64,000 nucleotides of DNA from Octopus vulgaris. Its lineage: Eukaryota. Positions 1 to 13,399 of this stretch are shown piece after piece; position 1 is the first letter of the stretch; every line of letters begins with the position of its first letter. The notes under the pieces are model-generated. The model did no database searches. It was not told the origin of the DNA and saw only the letters and a list, made by a program, of their open reading frames with translations. Location of the stretch: contig OX597823.1 of assembly GCA_951406725.2 (NCBI GenBank), forward strand, positions 61,690,001 through 61,754,000, given 5' to 3'. The position numbers and the translations under genes were made by a program.

Positions 1-219
1 CAATAATGGTGCAAGCAACAGGAGAAGTAAACACAGAGAAAGGACCCTTCAGTTGTCTACTGTCTATCTACACCTTATTTCGAGCAGACATCTGACAAGT
101 GATAAGAGGTCCTTTCTCTGTGTTTACTTGTCCTCTTTTCCATTTTTTTCTTGTTCTTTGTGTATTTCATGTTATTTGCACCGTTGGTGACGTCCTGTAC
201 CCATATATACATGTGTGTT

Positions 220-278
<59 letters not shown>

Positions 279-552
279 TTGTGTTTGTGTGTGTATATTA
301 TATATTATTTATCATTTATTATATATATATATATAAATATATATACTTATATATCTATACACACACACACACACAAACACATACACACACACACACATAT
401 ACACAAGGAAGGGAATTAACTAACATCAGAAATAGGACCAGTTTAAAAAACATGAATATTGTATCAGCTTATACAGAAGAAATGAGTCACCTAGAAAATA
501 TATTTCTGAGCAACAGAAGCCAAGCCCATCATATAAGGCCCCAACCACTCTC

Positions 553-601
<49 letters not shown>

Positions 602-649
602 TGCAGAATAAATATTTTCATTCATATATATATATATATGCATGCATAC

Positions 650-676
<27 letters not shown>

Positions 677-682
<6 letters not shown>

Positions 683-776
683 ACAATTTAGGAATGGCCT
701 TAACAGGCCATTCGTCCACTAGACAGAGCAGCCTGTTACGAATGGCCTGTTAAGGCCATTCCTAAATTGTTATATA
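677..776. repeat. 39-bp perfect inverted repeat in (TA)n
   Basis: 677-715 vs 738-776. Each arm contains its own gaatggcc/ggccattc hairpin. Confidence 0.9.
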
Positions 777-864
777 TTTACATTTTTGTCTCATGACTAT
801 TTTTCTTCTCCACTGGGCCTGGTAGTGATAAATTTCTATCGAATTTTTTACTACCCTATATTGA

Positions 865-902
<38 letters not shown>

Positions 903-1103
903 TGAAGGATATGTATATATCTATGTAATTGTCTATATATCTATATATATATACATATCTCTCTCCTTCTCTCTCTCTCTATATATATATTTATATTTAA
1001 GTGTGTACATATATATCTATATCCATATATATGTAGATTATATATATGTAGATTATATATATATAGATAGATATAGATATATATACGTACATATATACAT
1101 ACA

Positions 1104-1336
1104 TATTTCTTTACTACCCACAAGGGGCTAAACACAGAGAGGATAAACAAGGACAGACAAACGGACTAAGTCAATTATATCGACCCCAGTGTGTAACTAG
1201 TACTTATTTAATCGACCCCGAAAGAATGAAAGGCAAAGTCGACCTTGGCGGAATTTGAACCCAGAACGTAACGGCAGACGAAATACCACTAAGCATTTCG
1301 CCCGGCGTGCTAACGATTCTGCCAGCTCACCGCCTT
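1104..1336 (-). mobile_element. tRNA-derived SINE family B
   Basis: Head aaggcggtgagctggcagaa.cgttagcacgccgggcgaaatgc...gttcaaattccgcc, body gtcgactttgcctttcat, tail gtgggtagtaaagaaata. About 15 copies in the window. Confidence 0.85.
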
Positions 1337-1337
1337 A

Positions 1338-1371
<34 letters not shown>

Positions 1372-1703
1372 TATATGTATATCTATCTATACATGTGTGA
1401 GTGTGTGTGTGTGTGTGTGCACACACGTGCTTTTATGCATGTGTACATGTATGTATATATATTTATATATGGATGAACGGATATATGTATGTATGTGCAT
1501 ATTGCATTCTAGTCATGTACATGCATGCATTTGCCTGCCAGTTCATGCATATGCTACTTTTCATGCATGTTAATGTCTTATGTATAGTTTTGCTTGCTGC
1601 AACAGCATGTAACCCTGTATGTGCATGCATGCATGTATGCATGTGTTTTGCATATATGTGGCAACATGAGGGCCAGCAGCTTAGTTTCTACTTAATTGTA
1701 CAT

Positions 1704-1855
1704 TGGCTGCGTGGTAAATAGCTTGCTTACCAACCACATGGTTCTGGGTTCAGTCCTACTGTGTGGCACCTCGGGCAAGTGCATTCAACTATAGCTTCAG
1801 GCCGACCAAAGCCTTGTGAGTGGATTTGGTAGACGGAAACTGAAAGAAGCCTGTC

Positions 1856-1923
<68 letters not shown>

Positions 1924-2149
1924 ATATATATGTGTGTGTGTGTGTTTGTGTGTCTGTGTTTGTCCCACCCCACCAAAATCGCTTGACAGCTGATGCTGCT
2001 GTGTTTACATTGCGGTTCGGCAAAAGACTCCAATAGAATAAGTACTAGGCTTACAAAGAATAAGTTCTAGAGTTGATTTGCTCGACTAAAGGCGGTGCTC
2101 CAGCATGGCGACAGTCAAATGACTGAAACAAGTAAAAAAGTAAAAGAGT
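1704..2149 (+). mobile_element. tRNA-derived SINE family A (internal TA/TG microsatellite)
   Basis: A-box/B-box head (tggctgcgtggtaa...gggttcagtcc), CORE-like cctcgggcaagtg block, tail tgactgaaacaagtaaaa. At least 12 full or partial copies in the window. Confidence 0.85.
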
Positions 2150-2957
2150 AATAGAGTATGCATGAGCCACGTATGTAGGTCCTTATAAGCATGGATATAT
2201 ATTAACTAGCAAAAGAATGTATGAGCATGTAGAAGCATGAATGTGTATATTATTATTGACAAGTGGTCTATTGATCACTGACTTCCAACGAATCCCCTAC
2301 GATGCACCCCAACTACCTTATGCCAATCAATAATCCTACTCTCCTTTCTTGTTTTAATTCCCTGTTTCTTGTTCTTTCCTCCCTAACCTCTAAATCTCTT
2401 CATTTCTCTTTCTAGTCATTTAAACTCCCACACCTTTTGCTGTAACTAATTCTTTACCATTTCTAGTAATTTTTTACTCTCTCCACTCTTTTATGCATGA
2501 AAAATACAAAAAAGGAAAGATTTTTTCCTCTCTTCTTGAAGAATGACTTCATCCAAAACATTAATTTTTTTTTTACCGATGACATATGCACTTTTAAAAA
2601 AATCTTTATATATTATCTATTAATCATCCAAGATTATAGAATTAGAATTTCAGGTACACATAGAAACGTTAGTTATTTAGAAACTAACAAATATTCCTCT
2701 GACAATATGATAAACATATACATACATACAAACATGATGCTACTGTTGCTGCTGCTACTAATGATGATGATGATACATATATATATATGTAGAGAATTTT
2801 TACAAGTACACACACACACGCACACATATAATTTTATTGATTGTATCCTTTAAACCAATGTTTGTTGTTTTATAATTTTAAAAAATCCTCATCTTTAGCT
2901 CTGTGTGTGTGTATGTGTCTGTGTGTGTGTGAGTGAGAGAAAATATCTATGTGCATG

Positions 2958-2996
<39 letters not shown>

Positions 2997-3498
2997 GTAA
3001 AAATTCTCTACATTCATACATCATATATATACAAGCAACCACACAGCAGTGATACTCATATATAGGCAAGAAAAGAACGTAAATCAAGCAAACATCAATC
3101 ACTCTACATGGCCATCTCCCAAAGCTGCATCCTATCATCAGTTTTGAAATACAAAACTCACCGTCTCCTCCAGCTCCATCAACCCCATCAACACCATCAA
3201 TACCATCACCCTTCTTCAACTAGCTGAACCTGTCTTCATTTACATTTACTTCTCCATTTCTGATGAATTTCACAAACAGTTCAACAGAAACCATGTGTCC
3301 ATTAATATGGCACCTAACTATACAAACCCCTTTGCCTACTAGACCCAGAGCTGTATGCAGGACTGGATTTATGTATGGGCCAATATGGATTAAGCCCCAG
3401 GATCCTCAAGCATGTGGGGGTTCCAGGCATTGGAGGCCCCTTTAAATCAGAGAAGTTTAAAGCTTGGAGTTAAAAATTAAAACATATATTTACAACAG

Positions 3499-3760
3499 TG
3501 GAGGCGTGTGGCTTACTGGTTAAGGTGTCAGCATCATGATCATAACATTGTGGTTTTGGTTCCTGGACCAGGCGATGTGTTGTGTTCTTGAGCAAAACAC
3601 TTCATTTCATGTTGCTCCAGTTCACTCAGCTGGCAAAAATGAGTAACGCTGCGATGGACTGGCATCCCATCCAGCTGGGGAACACATATGCAATTGAAAC
3701 TGAGAAACTGGGCCCATGAGCCTGGCTAGGCTTTAAAAGGGTGCATTTATTTATTATTTT
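3499..3760 (+). mobile_element. tRNA-derived SINE family C
   Basis: Head gtggcttactggttaagg...ttcctggacc, body ttcttgagcaaaacacttc...gcgatggactggcatcccatccag, TSD atatttacaac. Partial relatives at about 20525-20715, 32085-32235 and 39095-39200. Confidence 0.8.
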
Positions 3761-3974
3761 TCATATTTACAACCAAATAAAAGATTTGTAATTTTTTTTA
3801 CTTGTTAAAACTTTTTGAAATCCAGGTGATTTCTTCCACAATTATTGAGCCATCTTTTGATTTGTTGGACCATTTTAGATTTAAAAGGCCATTAAATTTA
3901 ACTGAATCCCTCCAAATGTAACAAGCGATGTTGGGGGAACAAACACAGACACACAAACATATACACACACATGC

Positions 3975-4006
<32 letters not shown>

Positions 4007-4079
4007 GATGGGCTTCTTTCAGTTTCCGTCTACCAAATCCACTCACAAGGCTTTGGTCAGCCAGAGGTTAACAAATATA

Positions 4080-4976
4080 CGAGGTACATTCAAAAAGTAT
4101 CCAGTTTTATTTTTTCCAGCCAAAACTAATGTCACGTGGGCAATATCTTTTGGGTGGGAGGTGGCATCATCCTTCCTGCACACACATGAAACTTTTCTTG
4201 CCGGTGGGCTGCATCAGTTCCCAGCTGTTATGCCTAGAGTACTTACATACAATGCATGTTCATCAGATTTTCGTTTTCACCAAACATAATGAGTTGAGAT
4301 ATTGCATCAAATTTTGCCAAAAGTTTTATGATATTCGAGCTCAAACCATCTAGAAGATCCAGCAGGCCTTTGACGATGATACCATGGGCAAAACTCAGAC
4401 CAAGGAGTGGTACAACATGTGGAGAGTAAGGCATAATCAGGGAGGCCATCCACAAACCAAAACAAGGAGCCGATTGAGAAGGTTTGGCAAATAGTCATGG
4501 AAGATCGTCATACAACAATCCAGGAAATTGCTCCTGAAGTGGGAATAAGTACAGGATCAGTGCATTCCATTTGAACAGAAGAATTGTGCAGGTGGAGAGT
4601 GTCAGCAAAATTCACCCCCAAGGTACTAGCAGAACTGCAGAAGCAGCTTCCCACAGAAATCACTCAGGACATGCTGCACAGTGCAACTCATGACCCAGAC
4701 TTCATAAAGACCATCATCACTAGTAATGGGACACTGCTTAATGGTCTTTGCTTGATACATTTGGTCATCTTGCATGGAAACAAAAATCTGACAAGCGTGC
4801 ACTGCATGTCTGTAATCTAGGAAGTAACAGCTGTAAACTGAAACGGCCTACCAGCATGAAAACTTCCAGACATGTGCAGGAAGGTTGACATTACCTTCAA
4901 CCCAAAGGATTTTGCCCACGTGGTATTAGCTTTGGTGAGGAAAAAATAAAACCAGGTACTTTTTGAAAACACCACA
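4080..4976 (+). mobile_element. Internally deleted mariner DNA transposon
   Basis: TA-flanked, long imperfect TIRs (cgagg...caaaaagta / tactttttgaaaacaccaca). Broken transposase N-terminus: RYCIKFC...IQQAFDDD...SGRPS...EDRHTTIQEIA.EVGISTGSVH.I...RVSAKFTPKVL...DPDFIKTIIT. Confidence 0.9.
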
Positions 4977-5020
4977 TATATGCATACACATTTATATATG
5001 TACATGTTTGAATGTGTGTA

Positions 5021-5072
<52 letters not shown>

Positions 5073-6012
5073 GAAAGAGAGAGAGAAAGAGTGAGATAAA
5101 TATATATACATATATATATAATTATATATACATACATAAATATATATATATATACACACATATATATAATCATATATACATACATATTTTTGTGGTGTGT
5201 GTGTGTCTGTGTGTGTGTGTGTAAGTATTAAGAACACACAGAATTTAATAGCAGTTATAGTGATTTGATTGATTTTGAAGTTTTTCACATTAATACACAA
5301 CACCATTAATGTTAAAAATAACAGAAATATAAAATAATTGGCAGAGAATGGGAACGTTAATATTTGTAGGGTAGGGTAGCTTATATTCGCACGCACGCAC
5401 ATACACACACACACACACAAAGGCTGACTGGTCATCAGATGTACCAATACCATTCTCATTAAAGAGCATCACTGTATATGACTGACTTACTGACTTTATA
5501 CTTAGTTAATTTATAAAATACAAATGGTCGAATATAAAACTTTAATGTTAAAGACGAAGATAACATCTACAAATTATTTTTTTTCTTTTAAATCTGCTTG
5601 TTCATTATAAGACAAAAGATTGCATACTTAAGGGAAATTACAAAACAAAATAATGTACAATAATCAAAAAGACATATTTACTCTAAATCATCAAACTACA
5701 AGAAAATCTTCACTCATTTACACACTCACACACACAATAAGAAGGTTATTAAACTTAAAAACATGATAGCAACAAGTAAATTCAATGTAATAATGTATCA
5801 CATTAAATTTAATTATGTGTTATGTAAAAATTGTGACATAGAAGACTACATTGCCCAAACGTAATGTTAAGAACTTTGTAGTTTTCCATTACACTATTTT
5901 CGTTTTTGTACTTCACATACCAAAGACCAGCCAATCAAACTAACTTCTCCATTTTGTTTTCATAAAGAGTATATCTAGAACTACATTAGAACTACATTAT
6001 TCAAAGATATGT

Positions 6013-6083
6013 GGCATTTCGGCACAGCCATTTCGGCACAGCCATTTCAGCACAGCCATTTCGGCACAGCCATTTCAGCACCG
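6013..6083. repeat. 15-bp tandem repeat (about 5 copies), possibly a Mutator/foldback subterminal array
   Basis: (gccatttcggcacag)n. Confidence 0.6.
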
Positions 6084-6910
6084 CCAAAATGGTGCTGCTA
6101 ATTTGATGCTGGTTCATTATTTATTTAACATCAAACATTTTAATTTTAATGTTTCTTTTGCTCTCTCCTTCCTGCTCTCTCTTTCTCCTTCTTGCTCTCT
6201 CTCTCTCTCTCTCTCTCCTCCTCCTCTTTTTCTCTCTCTCCTTCTCTCTCTCTTTCTCTCTCTCGTTCATGTGGGAGAGCATATTTCAGTTACATCCATG
6301 AGGAAAGGAAAAGTGTTTATGTCGATTATGTTCAATTAATCTATACTGTAATGGAGAAAGCTGCTTATTAATTAGATATGAAACAATTACTAAAAGTACT
6401 AAAAGAAACCAATTAATAAAGGATTGACCGTCTGGAAATATTTTTACAAATTCATGTTCTAAGAAATTTCCCAATAATTTCGGTTTCTCAAGTTTATTGA
6501 ACTTTTTAAACTCCAGTTTCTCACAAATTTAAATATTCACTGCATCCAAATCATCACAAATTTAAATATTCACTGCATCCAAATCATCACAAATTTAAAT
6601 ATTCATTGCATTCACTGCAGAGTATTCCTTTTTCATTTGCAAAGTTTCTCACTTTCTCTTTAAGTTTTAATTCACTATTAATGCATATGCAATGTAAAAA
6701 CATTATTTATTGAATGAACATTTTTTAAAAATACATGTATAATTTTTGAACGTGGGATAGCTGTGAGAAGAGCCTAGATAGTTAGGTAGTTACTATTAGA
6801 AGACGAGGAGAAAAAAACAATCAAAACTTGCACCTTATTCACAGTTTCCAAACACAACTTCAACAGTGACACACACATAGATACACATGCACACAAATAA
6901 AAGGCAATTA

Positions 6911-6975
<65 letters not shown>

Positions 6976-7907
6976 GTTCACTGACAAAACTTCATGCTGC
7001 ATCACTTTTGTGAAGTTTTGTCAGTGAACAGGTTGTGGTTTCAAAGCAACGAAATATTTTGACACAAATGAAGTTTTAATGTTTAAGTGAAACTAACAGT
7101 ATTTGTGTGTTCTTGAATGGTTTACAAACATCTTCCACACTGCAATTGTTTTTATTTCAGGACACGATCTCAGATCAAGTCACTTGCTGTGCAAGTACAT
7201 CTCCGTATCTTTTTAAATCACTGTGGATAAATGTCAGCAATGACCTTCTCAGGCTCTCCAGTATTTTAATTTCTAAACAGAAACAATCAGGAGCAGAGAG
7301 TGGGGTTGCAAAAAATTCCTAATTTCTCAAATTTTCTTTTTTATAGCATATAAATATATTTATGGGGAAAAAATACTGAAAAACATCAATACATGCGAGA
7401 GTGATAAAGAAACGAAGAGGGTTATCTTTGGATGTGCTAAAAAGAACAGCCAAATCGCCCTTAAATCACTTTTTTCTCTGAAAAATTTTTTTTTTTAAAT
7501 TGTTTTTACCGAAAATGCTCTACCCATGGTTTTGAAGTGAAAAACAAATTGGCAAAAATAGGTTTGGAGTGGAATGATGAGGGAGGGGGATGTAAAAAGA
7601 AAAGGTTTCAAAACATTTTTCATACAAAGATGAGCCCTCCCCCTACCAACCCCATCATTTCGAAGGCTGTGGTTTAAAAAGAAAATGGGGAAAATACCTG
7701 AAAAAATTATTCCAACAAATTTCTCTATTGTCTATACCACATAGCTATGCCTACACTTTTAATATATATATATTTATATTTGTCAGATATTTACTTATTT
7801 TTTGGATTGCCTTAACATCTCTTTTAAGTTCTCAAAATGTTTATTTGCTCTTCAACAATCTATTTAAAACTTACAATAATTAGAGAAATAAAAATGGTAA
7901 TACTAAC

Positions 7908-8135
7908 ATGTACGATGTATTCTTTTATCTCTCCAAACATATTTTTACTATCATCCCAGATACAATAGAAGCGCAATACTTTGCGGTCCATTTCTAAGAA
8001 TTGCTTGAGCTTATCAAATTCTGATGGTGCAATGTATGTCTTTTGCAAGTTTGCCTTCCTACGATTGTCAATGTATGGATCAACAGGCACTTCTTCACTT
8101 TCATTAACTTCAATTCCTTCACTCTCCAGGAAGTT
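7908..8135 (-). CDS. EFHC1: EFHC1 exon, linker and start of DM10 domain 2
   Basis: NFLESEGIEVNESEEVPVDPYIDNRRKANLQKTYIAPSEFDKLKQFLEMDRKVLRFYCIWDDSKNMFGEIKEYIVH. Acceptor atttcag, donor gttagt, 228 bp, phase 0/0. Confidence 0.95.
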
Positions 8136-8402
8136 CTGAAATCATACGAGAGAGAAAGAATATATTTAGAGTAATCCTAGATATTCATACATTGTGAGAA
8201 TTAATATAAGAAAAAAAAAGAATATGAATCAGGAAAGCAAACTTCAAAAAATCTTTTGTATGATATTTAATAATCTGCATTTCAGAAAGACGAAATCTTT
8301 GGTGAATTAAGGAAAATGGAATAGCTCTTGAGAAAAAAATTAACAAATAATAATCATTCGAGTTAATAAAAGACTTGTGGTAAATGAAAGAATGAAACAA
8401 AC

Positions 8403-8539
8403 CCTTGTGAAGAGATCACAGTCATAGATATGGAATGTGCGACCAAAAAGTGTCACATCAATACCAATGTTCAGATCTGTCCAGTGCCAAATGTCCTTTT
8501 GATCATTCTTAGGAATTTGTTGTCGTTTCAAAAATGGAC
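8403..8539 (-). CDS. EFHC1: EFHC1 exon, second half of DM10 domain 1
   Basis: (G)PFLKRQQIPKNDQKDIWHWTDLNIGIDVTLFGRTFHIYDCDLFTR. Acceptor tctctgtag, donor gtttgt, 137 bp, phase 1/0. Confidence 0.95.
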
Positions 8540-9039
8540 CTACAGAGAAATAACACTGATTTCTAAAATTTACACAAATCACATTTTTCAAAAGCTGTAT
8601 AGTAAATTGTACATGCACACACACACACACACACACATGCGTGCATGTGCACACACGCATATAGCTGTTTATATAAATTTTTAATATACCTATTAGCATT
8701 TTGTTGAATCAGCCATAAATTTATATGGTAAATGCATATACTGATTGTCCGATTTAGTGAAAACAGAGTGATCAAGTAGTCACTGCTGACAAGCCTATGA
8801 CTGATAGACAAAACTAGTCTAGTCCAGTGATCTCTAGAGTCATTCTTGGGGTGGTTATCTCCTCTCTCAGCGTATATATATTGTGTGCTTTATACAGGAT
8901 TAAGAGATTTTAACTCTTATTTCTTGTGATATAGTGCTTCAGCACCCTCAGTCACAATTAGCAATGATTAAAGTTTTCCTTTATGGTTTTATTTCACACC
9001 TAGCTGTTTATATCAATTTTTATATTATATCATATTATT

Positions 9040-9110
<71 letters not shown>

Positions 9111-9111
9111 A

Positions 9112-9404
9112 ATCTTCAAACTTTGGGCCTCACAGAAACAATGACTAGTGACCGAGACCTTTGGCTATATGCTGTGCCTAACAAGCCAAGTGAAATCGTA
9201 GCTGTGGCCAATGCTGGCGTCATGTACCAGTAGCAAATAAAAGTACCCATTACACACTCAGAGTAGTTGGTGTTAAAAGTGGCATCCAGCCGTAGAAACC
9301 ATGCCAAATCAGACTGAAGTCTGGTGCAGCCTACCTCCCAGCTTGCCAGTCCTGGTCAAACCGTCCAACCCATGCCAGTGTGGACAATGGACGTTAAATG
9401 ATGA

Positions 9405-9409
<5 letters not shown>
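9112..9409 (+). mobile_element. RTE 3' end fragment
   Basis: LGLTETMTSDRDLWLYAV followed by the conserved 3' UTR (ggcatccagccgtagaaaccatgcc...ggacgttaaatgatgatg). Confidence 0.8.
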
Positions 9410-9459
<50 letters not shown>

Positions 9460-9524
9460 AAGGCACCACGGTGGGCATGTGTGGGCACGAACTCAGGTAA
9501 AGTAGACTATAGGTGAGATAACCT

Positions 9525-10216
9525 CATGCTACTCTTCTGGATGGTCTCCTTGTTTAAGTTGGTGAATGCTGCCATAATCCTTGCCTTCGGTTCATCTTTG
9601 GTGTTACAAAGAGTTTTCTTGGTCTCTCACTCAACTGTACCCCACACATAATAATCAAGAGGGTTGCAGTGTGGGGAGTTAGGTGGCCAGATGTTAGGGG
9701 TGATGTGGCCACAGAAATTGTCTGACTGCCATGACTGAATTATCCTGCTCATGTGGCATGGTGCAGAGTCCTGTTGCCAGACATATGGTCTTCCATAAGC
9801 CACTCTCTTGACCCAGGGCAGCACTACCTCCTCCAGGCATTCGATGTAGGGCTCCATGTTGAGTTTGAGGCCATGTGGGAAAATGAATGGAGGCATAACA
9901 TCACCATCACTAGTGATCACTCCAAACACCATGATGTTGATTGGATGTTTGATTTTTATCACTCCCGGTACATGTCCTCAGATTGACACCCAACACTCTA
10001 AAATGTTCATATTGGAGCTTTCAGTGTGAATGCCAAACAGTACAGCATGTCGTTTCCAAATTTCTGGCAGAGTGAATTGCATCAAGGTCCTGTTTTTCTC
10101 AAAGACAGTGCCCAACTGACCCTACTGAAATACTATGTAGCCAACAAAATCAAAAACAAACAATGTGTATGTTCAAAATTAAAACTATAAAACGTTGACA
10201 ATTTACCCATCACACC

Positions 10217-10217
<1 letters not shown>
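9525..10217 (-). mobile_element. Tc1/mariner superfamily DD37D (maT-type) transposon remnant
   Basis: ORF 9627-9962 ...MVFGVITSDG...VWQQDSAPCH...WPPNSPHCNPLDYYVW has 37 residues between the second and third catalytic Asp. TIR-like end near 10217. Confidence 0.85.
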
Positions 10218-10269
<52 letters not shown>

Positions 10270-10331
10270 CATACATACATACATACATACATACATGCAT
10301 GCATGCATGCATGCATACATACATACATACA

Positions 10332-10365
<34 letters not shown>

Positions 10366-10440
10366 CATACATACACATGCACACGCACACACACACACAC
10401 ATGCACACACACACACACACACATACACACACACACACAT
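10217..10440. repeat. Compound (GATA)n-(CATA)n-(CA)n microsatellite
   Basis: Seen directly. Confidence 0.95.
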
Positions 10441-10897
10441 TCCCCTGTACTTATTTTATCAATGCTGAAAAGGCAAAAGTCAGAGCTGATCTCAATGAGA
10501 TTAGAACTCAAACCATTAAGGGATATAATTTAATACCACCAGACATTTCATCCTTTGCTCTATTGTTTCTGTAATCCAACTTGCTTATTTCAGTGAGATA
10601 ACATTAAGAAACATTTCACAGAGCTTTCCACTGTCATTCTACGGATAATTCTATGTTTAGGTTGTAATAAAAAATTTGGCAAAGACATTACAAGTGATTT
10701 TCAACAATTGCCAACAATTCGTGATTATTGTTTTACTTTTTAAAATGACAAAACAAAACAATTACCACATTGTCAAAAGCAAGCTATAATTAATGATATC
10801 AGACATCAGACAACATAACAATAAATATTTATCACATCGTATGATGATAATAGAAACATAAATATATAGACAGATAGATAGAGAGAGAGAGATGGGT

Positions 10898-10930
<33 letters not shown>

Positions 10931-11422
10931 TTTGTGTGTATGTGTGCCTCTATATATTTTATATTACAGTTTCAAAGTTTGGCACTAGGCCAGCAGGTTT
11001 GGGGTAGAGGGTAAGTCAATTACATTGACCCCAGCGCTCAACTCGTACTTATTTTATTGAGCTCAAAAAGATGAAAGACAAATTCGACCACAGTAGAATT
11101 TGAACTCAGAACATGAAGACAGTTAAAATACCGCAAGTTATTTCACCCGACATGCTAACAATTCTGCCAGTATGCCACCCTATTTATAGTTTATATAATA
11201 TATATGTATGTGTACATATATGATGTGCTTGTTGACTGTGAAAATTTTCTATCTTGTATTCTCATGGTTCTAAGTTGCCCTTCATTGAAATTCCAGTTCT
11301 AGTCAAATTAAACTTATATAATGGTTCTTGGTTCCTTGCCTTACAGTGGTTTTGTTGTATACATATTATTGTATACATATTGTATACATATTTGTTGAAT
11401 AAATATTACTAGTGATATTATA

Positions 11423-11592
11423 GGCATAGGAGTGGCTGTGTGGTAAGTAGCTTGCTTACCAACCACATGGTTCGGTTTCAGTCCCACTGCATGGCACCTT
11501 GGGTAAGTGTCTTCTACTACAGCCTTGGGCTGACCAAAGCCTTGTGAGTGGATTTGGTAGACGGAAACTGAAAGGAGCCCGTCGTATATATG

Positions 11593-11623
<31 letters not shown>

Positions 11624-11841
11624 ATGTTTGTGTGTCTGTGTTTATCTCCCCAGCATCACTTGACAACCAATGCTGGTGTGTTTACGTCCCCATAACTTAG
11701 CAGTTCGGCAAAAGAGATTGATAGAATAAGCACTAGGCTTACAAGGAATAAGTCCTGGGGTTGATTTGCTCGACCAAAGGTGTTGCTCCAGCATGGCCAC
11801 AGTCAAATGACTGAAACATGTAAAAAGAATTAAAAAAAGAG
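11423..11841 (+). mobile_element. SINE family A, full length
   Basis: Same sequence as 1704-2149. Confidence 0.85.
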
Positions 11842-12465
11842 TATTGATATTGTGTGATTGTCCTTCTTGAGATTCTAATTCTGATAAGAGTATGACTTGT
11901 TCAGGTATTTCTAGTTTCTGATGGTTTTGTTGCACACACACACACATGTATGCACACATGCATGCATACACGCACACACATATTGCCTATTGAAAATTAA
12001 CTTTCATCTCATGACTAGTTTCATACCACATTTAAAATAGTCACTCCCATTGAATTAACACAAACACTTGTAAAAAGCACCCATGCATCAAAAGCACCAG
12101 TAAAAGTCCCACATAAAAAGCACCCATGCTGGTGCCAAGTAAAATGTACCCAGTACACTCTGTAAAGTGGTTGCCATTAGGAAGGGCATCCAACAGTAGA
12201 AAGCATGCCAAAACAGACATATAGAGCCTAGTGCAGCTTTCTGGCTTGCCAGCTTCTGTCAAACCATCCAACCCATGCCAGCATGGAAAACAGATGCTAA
12301 CTGTTGACAGCGGCAACGATGATGACAACAACAACAACAACAATAATGATGATGATGGTAATGATGATGATTCATACCAAAACCACTCAGCCATGAATCA
12401 TCTTCTATAATTAGTTTCACACCAACTCACTCACAAACACCTTTAAAAATCTCATAACATGTACT

Positions 12466-12700
12466 AAGGCGGCGAGTTGACAGAAACATTAGCACGCCAT
12501 AGGAAATGCTTAGTGGTATTTCGTCTGCCGCTACATTCTGAGTTCAAATTCTGCCAAGGTCAACTTTGCCTTTCATCCTTTCGGGGTCGATAAATTAAGT
12601 ACCAGTTACACATTGGGGTCAATGTAATTGACTTAATCCCTTTATCTGTCCTTGTTTGTCCCCTCTGTGTTTAGCCCTTTGTGGGCAATAAAGAAATAAG
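12466..12700 (+). mobile_element. SINE family B
   Basis: Full-length copy. Confidence 0.85.
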
Positions 12701-12980
12701 AAACATGTTCAAACACAATGCAATAAAAGAAAATTAACAAAAGAATGGCCTTAACTAGATTATTAAATCTGCAATGAATATGCAAATTGATAGCACACCT
12801 CCATATCTAAAAATAATCAGTGAAAAGACACAAAAATAACAGCCAATCAACAAGTGCAAAAACCAGATATTAAACAGACACAAACATGGAATCATACCTA
12901 CACCAATAAATACATCACCATCACTAAGTTATAACAGTTCTCACCTGAAGATCTCAGTGACATGAAACACATGTCATGAT

Positions 12981-13036
<56 letters not shown>

Positions 13037-13399
13037 TAGTAATAATGAACTCTATATATATACCATAATATATAATCAATTTACTTGGCTGTAACCAAAA
13101 GCTGGTCTCACATCTATCAGCCGAGTCCTCACATCTAAAACCTTTGTGAGACAGTAACCAAATCAGAACAAAGCAATAACATGCATACATGCCTGCAGGA
13201 AGATAAACACACATATCAAACAAGCTAATACAAGTACTTGCTTTAATAACGTGAAATTTAACATCATTGTGTGATTAGAGGTTCAACTTTTGATTATTCT
13301 TTTATCTTGTTTACAGTTGAAATGTGTCTGAGAGAGTGATATGCATTAAACTTTATATCTTGAATTTTCTTTCTTGTAAACAAGAACAGTAAGTTTCTT

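Noticed and set aside
99-1721. YI/CV/TH-rich ORFs (also at 10.1-10.5, 23.6-24.2, 25.7-26.7, 47.2-47.5 and 56.2-57.1 kb)
   Set aside because: Artefacts of stop-free dinucleotide and tetranucleotide microsatellites.
3060-3240. Possible small exon (GDGIDGVDG... ending in gtgagt on the minus strand)
   Set aside because: Low-complexity ccatcaa repeats. It does not match the expected next EFHC1 exon (YYL.DDT.EIRE).
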